In this document: positions 12,098 through 23,857 of the stretch, piece after piece | How the letters are laid out: each line of letters starts with the position of its first letter | Position numbering within the stretch: the stretch's first letter is position 1 | Source: Seison nebaliae | Lineage: Eukaryota | Assembly (NCBI GenBank): GCA_023231475.1 | Contig: JALJEE010002639.1 | Location: forward strand, 1-34,676 | DNA: 34,676 bases | Direction: 5' to 3' | Position numbers and translations under genes: made by a program | The notes under the pieces: model-generated | Seen by the model: only the letters and a program-made list of their open reading frames with translations | Told to the model about the DNA's origin: nothing | The model's database searches: none

Positions 12098-12260
12098 TGC
12101 GCTTATGATTTGAATGTGTTCTTAAATTACGAAAAAATTTATTCCTGTGGAGAAGAAGGAATAATAATTTTTTCAGTAACTTGCAACTTGTTGTGCTCAT
12201 CGACGACTGAAATTGGTAATAACAGGAAAAAAAATCGATTTTTCTGTTTGTGCCGGGAAA
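12098..12260. promoter_or_regulatory. Candidate bidirectional promoter between head-to-head genes
   Basis: Only 163 bp separate the divergent start codons at 12097 (-) and 12261 (+). Confidence 0.4.
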
Positions 12261-13105
12261 ATGTCAAACGAAAATGAAGAAATTAATGAAGTGAATAAAA
12301 AAGAAGAAAATTCAAATGAGAATGGTGAAGACGAAAAAGATGAAGTGGAATCGGTTACTGATAATAATAAGTATAAAAGACCGTCACTTGTTGAACAAAT
12401 GTTTTCAAAACGAGTCATCGTTTTAAGCGTCATCTTATCGATTGTTGTTACTATTGTCCGATTACCACCAATTGATCCCACTCACGAATTGTTATTAGTT
12501 CGACGACAAGTAATCATTAAAGAGCCTCGACATGTTGTTTATCGAATTGTGTCGAATATTATGGAAATTGAGAAAGTTCTAAAAATGTTTAATTAACTTT
12601 CTTCTATTTTCCTCTTTTCTTTCGTAACTTTTTAGTGGCACACGTATATGGGTCAAGCAAAACGAAAATTTAAATCCGCTAAAAAATCGTATAGTATCCA
12701 AACTAAATATCTATTCGGTTTATGTTAGTCTAATTCATTTAAAAACGGTTTTACGTTATTCCATAAAAGATTATCGTCAAGAGACACTAGAAATTGAAAA
12801 GGAGAAAACTTTTGAAGAAGTTGAGTTTGTGGTGAATAGCAAAATAATAAATCCAAGGATCAATATTCGTTTGGAAAACCATGTTGATGGATGCGAATTA
12901 GTCTATTCAATGTATGTAAGACAACAAACGATGTGGTTTCAAGTTAGTCAAAAATCTGTTTTAGATTTTATCGTTTTATAATTTACTGCTTCCCAATTTC
13001 TAGTATTTGTTAGCACCGTTCGTTGAATTTTTTGAGGATCAACAAAATCAGCAATCGATGTTAAATTTGAAATTTTTATTTATTCCAAATCCGAAAGATA
13101 AATGA
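12261..13105 (+). CDS. Membrane-anchored SRPBCC/START-like (polyketide cyclase-like) domain protein, 4 exons: 12261-12575, 12636-12723, 12770-12942, 13004-13105
   Basis: Acidic N-terminus, a TM-like segment VIVLSVILSIVVTIV, then VRRQVIIKEPRHVVYRIVSNIMEIEK|WHTYM (SRPBCC beta1-alpha1-W pattern), beta-rich middle ending RLENHVDGCELVYSMYV, and a C-terminal helix PFVEFFEDQQNQQSMLNLK. GT-AG introns of 60, 46 and 61 nt keep the frame open to the TGA at 13103. Confidence 0.75.
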
Positions 13106-13494
13106 AATCTCTGATTCCTCATCAATATATATATACGTATATGGGTATGGGTTTTTTGTGAAAAATCCAATTTAACTTATTAATTAACCAAATATAAGAT
13201 ATTTGTATCAATTTCTAAACATTGTCCAAATAATATGTGCACAGAAATGTTATTCGTATTTTAAATGTTTTTTATTTAAAAAATATGTTTTCTTATGAAT
13301 AGATCTAGTCATGGGATATGATTATGTGATCATTTTCTTTCTTTCTACAAAATTTTTATCAAATATATGGAAAATGTAAAAACTAAAATTTATTACTAAA
13401 AAATTTTTAAAATAAATTGAAAAATTGGAAAGCAACTGATGAAGAAATCGTTTAGGAGAATGTTAGAATGTGAATTTTAAACCTTGATTAAAAT

Positions 13495-16400
13495 TTAAAA
13501 ATTTTCTACCGATTTCAATGGTTCATTTGATCTGCGTTTGAAATCCTTGGAACCATATCCAGAAACTGAACGGACAACATTATTTACATTTGATAACTGT
13601 GATTTCTCCGTAAGATCCAGATTTATATTATCGACAATGGACGAATATCCAGATGATTTGGTGGCTGCTGAAGCGTCGCTAATTTGTCGTACGACGCTGA
13701 CGGATTTATTGAAATGATCATCATCAGTCAACTCCTGATTTTCATTAATTTCATTCGGTAAATTACGTAATTCTTCATTGGATGGGGCAATGATGGAATC
13801 GGCCATAATATTAGTGAGAGAGTTGCGAGAAGTGTTTTTTATATTTGGATGTTGTTTTTCTGTTTGACCTTTGAGTATGGTATTCTTCCGTTTTTTAATC
13901 GGTGCTAGAACATATTTTTTGATGGGATATAAATTTTCTTTTATTACTGAAAAACGATTATGAGATTCTTTAGTTTTGTTGGTGGGACAAGAATTGACTA
14001 AAGTTTGAACAGTTAAATTTTCATTAAAATTTTCGTTTGTTGGAGTTTTGTCCAAAGCATCCGTTTCGCTTTCGAACGATGAATAATCATAATCTTTGGA
14101 CAATAATGTCGAATTTAAAGTTGAATCTTTCACCGGATCTATTTTAGTTTTAGATGATGATTTGCCATTGAGAATCGTCATTGTCTTTAATCGTCGCTTC
14201 AATGAGAGACTACTGTTACTACAATCAGTTTTTCGTTGTCGAAATAAGGTTTTTTTTCTTTGGATCAATGATGATGGAAGAGACGCTTTACTTCGACTAC
14301 TACAATCAGTTGTTCCACTCGTCTCACTAAGAATAGATGAGAGGATAGATAATTGGGATTCTCCTAATGGTTCATCATTCAACATTAACGAATTAGCAGA
14401 ATTGAATTCATTTTCATCGAAACCATTTTCTAATGATTTGAAATTGAGTGAGAGAGTATCAAACCTATCATCATTCACATCGTTGAAAGGAGTGAAAAGT
14501 TTTGATAATTTTGATTTTGATTTATTCTTCTTTCTCACATTCATTTGATGTGGTCCAATCGTTACACGTCGATCACTCAATCCATCCATATCAATAAATG
14601 ATGTTCGATTATTATTATTATTATTATTTCCGTTATTATTGTTATTCGTGAATATTGATGATGTGTTATGCAATAATGATTTTTTTGAACATTTCAACAT
14701 TACACGATTTGTCCATCGATTCAATTTGGTTAAAGAGTCATTGATACTACTATGAGATCGAGTTAAATCGAATGTGGAACGAGCTCGACATTCACTTGAT
14801 TGATCATTTTGGGAATTGTGAACAATTTCACGGAATAAATTCTTCTTTCCACTAGATGCACAATGTCTCGTTGGTGTGACATATGATAATGTGACGTTAT
14901 TATGCGAAGGTTTCGATAAACGATTGGATGATCGAAGATGATTTATTTTCGTTTGTTTTCCTGATGACTGATGTTTAATGTTCTTCACTGAATCAAATGT
15001 CAATTTCGAATGTGAATGATTCCTCCTTGAATTCGATCTCGATCGCTGTCCATCCTCCAAATCTGTCACAATATTTTTCCGATTATTTGACAAATTCAAA
15101 TCACTTCCATGACGCAATTCTGACCACTGATTTTCATCATCTATCATTTCCTCATTCTTCTCAATAAAACTTTCGGTCTCAAAATTATCTTTTGGTTTCT
15201 GTTTCCCATTAACTGGACGTGGCTGAGCGAAAGAAATTGCACGATGTAATTTTTTCGTTAACTGATTCATAAATTTATGTTGTTGAATTGGTTGATTGAA
15301 TGGTGAAGAATCGACATTCGGCAATTTCGAATTCTTATTGAAATCATCATCACATTCATTTGAATTATCGACAAATTTATTTTCCTTATTATTATCGTCA
15401 ATGATCGATTGAATATATTCACCATAAACGTCGAATGGCGAACGGAGATTATAGAAAAGAGAATCGTCAATGTCACAAATGAATAATTCGGGATGGAATT
15501 CATCAGTTTGAAAGAAGTTGTTATATCGATCAGCGATTTGATTAGCGAACATTTGAATATATTCCTCTTTGATCTCATCCAATAATTGTTGTTGGACATA
15601 TGTTTGATTGCTGATTGTTGTATCACATTTCTTTAACAAATTTTGAAATATCTTCCTATTGATCGGCTGAGTCAAATGTACATAAAAGAGAGATGATGTG
15701 AACTTATTTGGAGGAATATTCTTCAACTCCTTCAACATTTCTTCCTTCTTCAATTCTTTTGCTGACGATATCGAATGAAATTGGACATCATTCACGTTCG
15801 TCGTTGAACAGACACATTCCTCTCGTCTCAACATTCCAATATGAATAATTTGTTGAGATGTATTGGAAATGATTCGGAAAACTTTGCCGATCTCTAACAA
15901 ATCGATTTTATGAACAAATTTGAATTGTATCTTATCTGATTGAACTAAATTCATTTGTTGTTGTTGAGATAAGAATGATAATTGATTAGTAGAATTCTGA
16001 TAATTCTGTTGTTGTTGTTGTTGAGGATTATATTCATAAATTGAATCATTTTCATTCGATCGAATAGAAGAAAAGAAATTCTTATTATTCTTCCCATGAA
16101 ATTGGAACATCTTCTCACCAGACGTTGTGATGAGTCGATGATCATCACGAAAAGTAGTTATGGTATTTGTTCGAATTTCCTGTGTACTCGCACGCTCTTT
16201 ATCCTGATGACGTGAATACAATTTCTTATGAGCATTTGATTGATTTTGATTAGGAATATCTTCATGAAATGATGTCAATCCTGTGGAGAGTTGATGATGT
16301 TTCGAAGAGAATGACGAATCCTTTTCACTATTATGTCTCTTCAATGAATCTGTTGAACAGATCTCTTGGAAATAGTTGGAGAATTGTGTCCAATTATGTT

Positions 16401-18735
16401 TGATTTGTTGATGCATTTGTTTCATTTCACTATTCCTTAAAATCTTCACAAATAATATACAATCGGTTAATAAGAACATAGTTAAATCATTCGATGTCAA
16501 CGAGTGAGAAGACGAAATACTTGTTCGATTATTGGCAGATGAAGAAGTTGAATGGAAAATCGGTTTTTGCACATAAGGAACATGTGTATCTCTCATTTCC
16601 CATTGTTCTTTTGAAATGTTATAAGAAATTTTCGGTGTTGACGGTAGAACTAACGAGGAGAATTCGATACTATTCAACATTTCACAACAATCGATTCGTT
16701 GTATTAATTGTCGATTGGCAGCGAGTAATTGAGGTGGACATTTGTCAATTAAATTGAATAATTTAAATAATTGAACATAATTTTCTGCTTGTTTCTTATT
16801 TTCATTAATATGAAATAAAACTTCTTTAATTTTCGTCAATGCCACTGGAATCAAACGAGAATCAGCATTATCTGATGGAGAATGTTCTTCAATCTTCTCG
16901 AATAATAACTGATAACGTGGCAATCGTTGCATCGGTAATAATAACAAATCATTCAACTTCTGTCGAGCACACAAGAAATTCAACGAAGTTTCTTGAAGGA
17001 ACTTCTGGAATGGAAGATGTCTCTTCTCTAAACTCGACAATCGTTGAAGACTCTTATCCACATAATTGAGATATGGAGGATATTTCTGACGAAATTTCGT
17101 AATGTAATTTACAAAAATATTTCCAATCGACGGTTGATCATTCACCCAATCATATTTTTTCTTATCTTTCTCTTTTAAAATCTCTTCGATCTTATCCCAA
17201 TAAAACGGAATTTTCAACGACCATTTCCGTTTCAATTTCATTTCGCTACATTTCATTTCGAAATAAATCAAATGGAAATCCAACAGAATTAGCTGAATTA
17301 AAATATCACAATGCAATTCATAAATCGATTCGATATCACCAAAAACTTCTTTAATTTCCGTTATCGAAATATCTGACAATTCAGCATTGGTGATGATTTG
17401 ATATTTGAATAAATAGATAATTGCATGAAGTTGTTTAAAATAAGAGAATTCCGTATCGACCAATTCACGATATAGTAAATATCTTTTATTTGATCGATTA
17501 TTATTCTTACTTGAATTCACCAGAATATTTTTTTTATTCAAAACAGAATTAGGTGAATTTTTATTATTAGTCGTCACAAGAATGGTAGAGGAGGATGCAG
17601 AAATACTTAACGATTTCTTTTTAATCGTTTTCCCACGATCTTGTTGAACTAATTTCTGTTGTAGCCATCGATCATTGATCAAATGGATTTTTGGTGGAAA
17701 GTCTGATGATTTTTCTTTCGATTTCCAATGGAATATCGTATCATTTAATTCATAAAAATTTTGAAGACATCGATACATATTGGGTGAAGATAAACTAATT
17801 CTTGTTAATTCTGTTTCCTTCATCGAATCGAATGAGAGATGTTTCATATTGTTCATCTCTTCAAAATTATCCATATTTCTGATTTGTGCAACGGAAAATG
17901 TTTCAGGATTTTTCAATAATAATAAATATGATGGAAACGATTTAGAATGTAATAGATCTTCATCATTCTTCCATTGACCATCATTCTCTTCGATCAGTCT
18001 CTTCAGTTCAATCAACTGACTAATTGATAATTGATGTTGATCAATGAAGAGAAATGTCAATCCATAAAACGGTTTTATTTGATATTTCAATAAGAATTGT
18101 TTATAATTCACAATTGGTATTCGATAATTCATCGAATTCATATTCTTCAATTCATTTTTGGCTAATTCGTTGAGATCAAGTAACCATTTCCGATTGACGA
18201 TTGATATGGGATTAGTTGATCGTTGATTTTGTATGGCTTTCGAATATTTCTTACTTGAAACACATTTCACTATCAGATGTGTGGTTATATCACATAATTC
18301 ACTTCGTACACTTCCACCCAAATGATGAACCATATCCGAATCGGAAAACAATTCTAATGAATTTTCATATCCACAAAACGTTATAACAAATCCTTCCATC
18401 ATCCGACAGTATAACGGACGTCGATAAACTGAAAGAAATTTCTCATTTTTCAAATGGTCAAATAGAATTGGCAATCCGAAAACTTGAATATTATGTTGTC
18501 TCAACCATTTGACGGAATGAGATGATCTCAATAAAATATCGAAATCTTCCAAAATGAGAAAACTACCATCTCTCGTCAACTTCTCATAAGGAAATACATT
18601 AATCTCTGATTCTCCTTCAATTATCTCAATATCATAATTCTCATATAAGAATCGATTCATTTCAATCATTCTCATGAATCGTTCACTAATCTTATAGAGA
18701 TATAAGAATGGCAACATCTTCTTCTCATCGATCAT
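13495..18735 (-). CDS. ECT2: ECT2/Pebble-like RhoGEF (BRCT repeats, DH, PH, long disordered tail), 1746 aa, single coding exon
   Basis: RPLYCRMMEGFVITFCG and VHHLGGSVRSELCDITTHLIV (ECT2 BRCT motifs). DH runs from KRYLLYRELVDTEFSY to RQKLNDLLLLPMQRLPRYQLL...VLFHINENKK (about 17490-16780). PH motif LTMFLLTDC follows. The BRCT+DH-PH architecture defines ECT2. Confidence 0.92.
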   Translation of the reverse strand: MIDEKKMLPFLYLYKISERFMRMIEMNRFLYENYDIEIIEGESEINVFPYEKLTRDGSFLILEDFDILLRSSHSVKWLRQHNIQVFGLPILFDHLKNEKFLSVYRRPLYCRMMEGFVITFCGYENSLELFSDSDMVHHLGGSVRSELCDITTHLIVKCVSSKKYSKAIQNQRSTNPISIVNRKWLLDLNELAKNELKNMNSMNYRIPIVNYKQFLLKYQIKPFYGLTFLFIDQHQLSISQLIELKRLIEENDGQWKNDEDLLHSKSFPSYLLLLKNPETFSVAQIRNMDNFEEMNNMKHLSFDSMKETELTRISLSSPNMYRCLQNFYELNDTIFHWKSKEKSSDFPPKIHLINDRWLQQKLVQQDRGKTIKKKSLSISASSSTILVTTNNKNSPNSVLNKKNILVNSSKNNNRSNKRYLLYRELVDTEFSYFKQLHAIIYLFKYQIITNAELSDISITEIKEVFGDIESIYELHCDILIQLILLDFHLIYFEMKCSEMKLKRKWSLKIPFYWDKIEEILKEKDKKKYDWVNDQPSIGNIFVNYITKFRQKYPPYLNYVDKSLQRLSSLEKRHLPFQKFLQETSLNFLCARQKLNDLLLLPMQRLPRYQLLFEKIEEHSPSDNADSRLIPVALTKIKEVLFHINENKKQAENYVQLFKLFNLIDKCPPQLLAANRQLIQRIDCCEMLNSIEFSSLVLPSTPKISYNISKEQWEMRDTHVPYVQKPIFHSTSSSANNRTSISSSHSLTSNDLTMFLLTDCILFVKILRNSEMKQMHQQIKHNWTQFSNYFQEICSTDSLKRHNSEKDSSFSSKHHQLSTGLTSFHEDIPNQNQSNAHKKLYSRHQDKERASTQEIRTNTITTFRDDHRLITTSGEKMFQFHGKNNKNFFSSIRSNENDSIYEYNPQQQQQQNYQNSTNQLSFLSQQQQMNLVQSDKIQFKFVHKIDLLEIGKVFRIISNTSQQIIHIGMLRREECVCSTTNVNDVQFHSISSAKELKKEEMLKELKNIPPNKFTSSLFYVHLTQPINRKIFQNLLKKCDTTISNQTYVQQQLLDEIKEEYIQMFANQIADRYNNFFQTDEFHPELFICDIDDSLFYNLRSPFDVYGEYIQSIIDDNNKENKFVDNSNECDDDFNKNSKLPNVDSSPFNQPIQQHKFMNQLTKKLHRAISFAQPRPVNGKQKPKDNFETESFIEKNEEMIDDENQWSELRHGSDLNLSNNRKNIVTDLEDGQRSRSNSRRNHSHSKLTFDSVKNIKHQSSGKQTKINHLRSSNRLSKPSHNNVTLSYVTPTRHCASSGKKNLFREIVHNSQNDQSSECRARSTFDLTRSHSSINDSLTKLNRWTNRVMLKCSKKSLLHNTSSIFTNNNNNGNNNNNNNRTSFIDMDGLSDRRVTIGPHQMNVRKKNKSKSKLSKLFTPFNDVNDDRFDTLSLNFKSLENGFDENEFNSANSLMLNDEPLGESQLSILSSILSETSGTTDCSSRSKASLPSSLIQRKKTLFRQRKTDCSNSSLSLKRRLKTMTILNGKSSSKTKIDPVKDSTLNSTLLSKDYDYSSFESETDALDKTPTNENFNENLTVQTLVNSCPTNKTKESHNRFSVIKENLYPIKKYVLAPIKKRKNTILKGQTEKQHPNIKNTSRNSLTNIMADSIIAPSNEELRNLPNEINENQELTDDDHFNKSVSVVRQISDASAATKSSGYSSIVDNINLDLTEKSQLSNVNNVVRSVSGYGSKDFKRRSNEPLKSVENF

Positions 18736-21700
18736 CTTTCTCTTTCAATATCACAATTATGGAACCGTCCAGTGTGGAATGTTCAGTCCAAAATGAAAGT
18801 GCGTCAACTTCGAATGGAAAAAAAAGAAATGAGAATGACTGTTAATAAAACCAATCCAAATCACATGTACACATGTACTACTAGTTACGAAGGTAAACTA
18901 CCTAACATCGGAAGTAAAGCTTCTTTTTGAAATTGTTCATAATTGAAAATTTTCGTCAAACATCTTTCTTTTGGGGAAAATTACACATTTGATCTTTTCC
19001 TCTTATATACTCATGACATCATCGTCTTCAATCTCGAACGACCAAAATTTTTGTTTAATTTCAATTAATAATAATAATTGTTGTGGTAAACAAACAGGAG
19101 AAATAAAGTTTTTCTTCCCAATCGGAATTTGATATCTATATCGAATTGTTACTTTATGTTCAAAGTTTAATCATTTTCTTCGTTTTATTCGAATTATCAC
19201 CATACATGTACACAATTGTATTTGGCGTTTCCTCATCGAGAAATCATTATGATAAATAAAAAAAACTAATTTATTTCCATTAAAATATAAATTTGATAGT
19301 ATCGTCATAAACAGTTTCATCAAGCCTAATACAATTTGTACGAACAATGGAAATGATTTCAAGTGAAGACATGAAGATCTTGTACAAAATAGAAAGTTCA
19401 GTAAATTCTCATTTTGAGTAAGCAAGAGAATTTTATTAAAAGGAATCTTTTTAACTTTTGAACCCGTCGAATCGTATCGATCTTTGCTCTAATTTACTTC
19501 GTTTTCTTTCGTAAGATTATCAGAAAAATTTAAATTGAACTGTTTTGGCATCGACTAAATTAAATATTTATTCATCCATCCATCATCACCTTGAAATTGG
19601 AGGTGTACGAGAAAATTGGTATATATATATTCATTATTGATATCACGTAATGAAAAGGATGATTAAGAGGAACACATGATTGATCTTCTCCCATCAAAGT
19701 GGAAAGATAAAATTTGAACGAATGAAATATGAAATTAATTATAAAGAAAAATTGAATGACGGAAATACAAAACCTCCTCCTGCTTCCATCCTCATTGCTC
19801 TCCTATGATTATTTTAGTTAATGTTGTTCTTATTGCTCTGAATTGTACTAGTGATGGTGGTGGTGATGGTGATGGTAGTGTTGCTATTACTTCTTTTCTA
19901 CTTTGTGTTAGATTTAAATCGACGCTTTCTTTTCATTTACATAACGAATGTATGCATACGTCCAACGCAACTGTTAAAGGAAGGCACAGCATTATGTTGA
20001 TGTAGTATTATTATTTCTTTTTCCTTATTGATTCACCACCATAACGATCATCAAATGTGAACTAATTGTACTAATTTTCTTGTATCTTTCAACATCTCTA
20101 GACATCAATCTTCGATTTATCTAGCAATTCTTGTCGAAAATTTGTTTATCACATCGATAAATAGAAATTGCGTCTACGTTCTTTTAGCAGCAAAATAAAC
20201 TTTGTTTTTTTCTAATTATTTTCCGATACTTCCAATCAGTATGCATGGGGGAACTTTCCCAAATTTATTGCTAATTTCCGAAGAAATTTGGAAAGGAAAA
20301 AATTTTAAAGAAAATGAGAGTAAGTCCATTTATGCAATAAAACATCAGGCATCGTTTCATCTTTTCGTTTGAAGAATACAAAATGTTTAATTATTTCCAA
20401 TTTTCACTTTTGTATGTAATATTATCGATTGGTTATCCATGATTACTTTAGGTCAGAAATCGTTATATTTGAGAACGGAAGTTCATCAAACCGAACGGAA
20501 GAATGAGGCCTTTCAACAGATTTGGTAGGAGTATTAATATCCGATATGTTATTATCATTAGTAAATATGTAGCGAAGTATGTGTGCATTTGGAGAGAAAA
20601 TCAGAGTAAATACCTATTAAACAAAATTATATTTCGATATGCGGTTACTTACTTATCTACAAATTTTAGTCGGTTGATTCCTTCCTTGCTTACTTTCTTC
20701 GTTATTCTTTTATTATTTGAATATTATATGTACATTAGGACGAATTCGTACCAAGTAGAATAGTGAGATAAACATGCACTTTCTACATTCAAACATCCGC
20801 CGATGCAGAAAATGGAATAAAACAGCAGATGTTTTGATGAAGAACGAGTAGTGGCAATTGGACGATTGGCAAAATGATTATTATGAACAATTTGCCTTAT
20901 GTTCAATAAATACACTTGACCGAATTCTCCCATTCTAGTTCCATAACGATCCAATCCATAATGATTGATCGTATCGAAGAAATTATATATTTAAATTTTA
21001 AGAATTTCTTTCCAATTATTATTTCAACTGACCATAAGAAAGAGACTAAAGATTTTTTGTCTGACTAAGGCAGGGAGTAATCGAACGGAATAAATCAATT
21101 ATTCTTGTCATTGACATTCATCATCAACCCAACTGTAAATATGGAGAACTTAATGATTGTTGTTTGTTAGTATATGTATCTTCGAATTCATCCGAACAAT
21201 GCATATAAGTCTCTCTTATTCGGATATTGGTGGCTGTTCGATTTTCCCCTTTGAATCAAAAGACGAAGTAGTACATTAATTTTTGTCTGATGCACATGAT
21301 AAAATATATATCTATATTATCATATCGATATATATATATGTCATATACACATATGTATATATATATATATATCGATAACTATCAATGAGAAATAAATAAG
21401 AATTTGCAGAAATGAATGGAAAGAACATTCGTTCGATGAGAACTAACCTAAAAGAACTTTCCGTTAAGGAAAATTTTTATTATTTATTTCTCGTTTTAAA
21501 CCATTCAATTAATAGCCAAATGGTTCAATTATTCCTAATTCTATTCATTGCAATTCTCCTGATTATATTGCATCTGACAATTCTTATACTACTTTCTGCC
21601 GATTTATTGATTCTTTTCTTTTTTCTTAGGAAAATCTGTTTCGGTGGATATCGTGTTAATTTAATCTTCAGTTTGATATATTCGAAGATGAGTGACATGT

Positions 21701-23857
21701 ACGTATTGGAATAAATATATAATAATAAAAATAACTATGATTTCCTATACCGATGATTGTGAACTTTTTTTCGTAATATGAGTCAACTGTTGTTGCATGA
21801 ACCAAGTCAGTTTCTCCTTTTGTTTTCCTTTAACTTTTATTCGGGTCTGGAGTTCCTCTTCGTTCTTCTATTAGCTTAGTATGTTGCTTCCTCATGTTAG
21901 TCGTCATTCTCAGTCATAGTATTACCCGAAACATGAACAAATGTTAAGATGTAATTCGTGACCATTCATCAAAGTTGATCAATGAAAACATGAAACAAAT
22001 GGAATCGTGTTAACGTGTGCTTAATCCATTATAATGATAATGATTATGTTGATGGTCCACATATTAATAATGATAATAATCAACAAGAAAAAAAAGGAAT
22101 AAATAATAAACAGGAAAAAAGATGTTGAGGTAAAGTTCAGTTAGTGTTTGAGAGAAATTGGAGAATTATGCGTCCATCTTTCTCTTATTACGCAAGAAAT
22201 TTAGACGACTTCATGCGATAATCGACTGAAGAAAAATGTGATCAATATAAATTATATGTTCATCAATAACTGATATTAAATACTCATCCCACTGACAACC
22301 GTCAGAAATGCATCATAATGGCATAATTATTTATTTCGATTAACATCTTACATTATCTTACAAGTTATTGTTAGTTAACATTAATTTGAAATTAATATAT
22401 CATATAATAAATTAGTATTGTTCGATTTTATATCATTTATATATTACACCATGTACCAAGAACGAACGATAATAGAAAAATATTAATAACAAAAAAATTT
22501 CTAATTGACTTTTTAATACTTTGTTTCATGGTATATAGAACGGTAGTTATATGAGAAAAGTAATTGTAAATCTGATTATACAACAACATCATTGTCATTA
22601 TGAATTGTAAGAATAAAAACAGTTTATGAGAGGAATAGAAATGGAGAAACATTATTCTGATTTATTCATTTATATTACATTTCCCACCAATCTTTAATTC
22701 TACTTTATTCTCCAGTTTCTTGTCGATGTTCGTTAATGTCCTTCGTCAATTCTATTTAATCCTTCTCCCCCTTTCCAATTCAATAAAAGTTTATGTCACT
22801 ATTGTACGAAAAAGAATTTTTTTACAAATCCGAATAAAAAGAAAATTTCGCACAATTCTTCCTGCATTGTCGATTTGAGAAGAATATAAAACCAATTCCG
22901 TCAAATACTATTTATATTTGATGTTGTTTCATTTCATGTATTCATTTTCTTTTCTTTTCCCCAAACCAGTAGTTTATTCCGTAAGTTTAAGGTAAGTGGC
23001 GAATGTTTTAGTTTTTAAAGTTTGTCTTTCTTTTCCATGCATCCAAAATGGAAAGTGAATTGCTCTAAAATTTGTTAATCAATTTAATCGATCTTTATCC
23101 GAATTATTTATCGCTCATTAAAAATCTATTTCACTTAATTTCGAACGCTGATCATATGTGTTAGATCGATGACACAATTAAGGAATAGTAAGTTTAATGG
23201 TCTGTTTATTATATAAGAAATAAATCCATAATATTCATCCATCAATCCGTGTTATCGGCAATTCAACTATCCTATTAACTTATCATTTTCTTCTCACCAA
23301 TATCGTATGTGTAGTGTAATCTTAGAAATTATTGATTCTACTGATAATTGAGGAAAATTATTCATTTTACGATCTTTATCTGAGATATATTATCCGAAGT
23401 TTTAATATTCAGTAATAATTGTAATTGCATAGTCGTTGAGAGGCAAATATGATTGATGTTAATAATAATAGTTAATGTTTCCCTCTTGATAAACGGGTTG
23501 ATGAGAATTTATGTGAAGATGATGATAATGATGATGATACTATTGGGAACTCGAAAACATATCGTCCTTAACCTTACGTCGATATCAAATATTTGAACAT
23601 TCATCTAAATTAGTAAGAAACTCCGTTTTTTTGGTGAGGAATCGACCTTATACATTTCGACATCATAAATAAAGTTGCAGACATGACCTAACTGAATCAA
23701 AAAAAAAGAAGTTTCATACACATTTCTCATGGTGAATAATTGGTGCATATGGCAGTATATGATTCTCCATATTTAATCCTTTTTGTTTTGTTTCAGTTCG
23801 TCTTTAATTCATCCGCAGCAACTTTAACATATTGCTCTGAACTGATTCATCATTCCA

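Noticed and set aside
21323..21377. Inverted repeat TATCGATA(TA)n...(TA)nTCGATA
   Set aside because: Explained by a self-complementary (AT)n microsatellite.
19171..22652. Short hydrophobic ORFs (e.g. 20503-20763, 20724-20954, 21412-21714)
   Set aside because: F/I/L/Y-rich translations typical of AT-rich non-coding DNA; no motifs or consistent splice model found.
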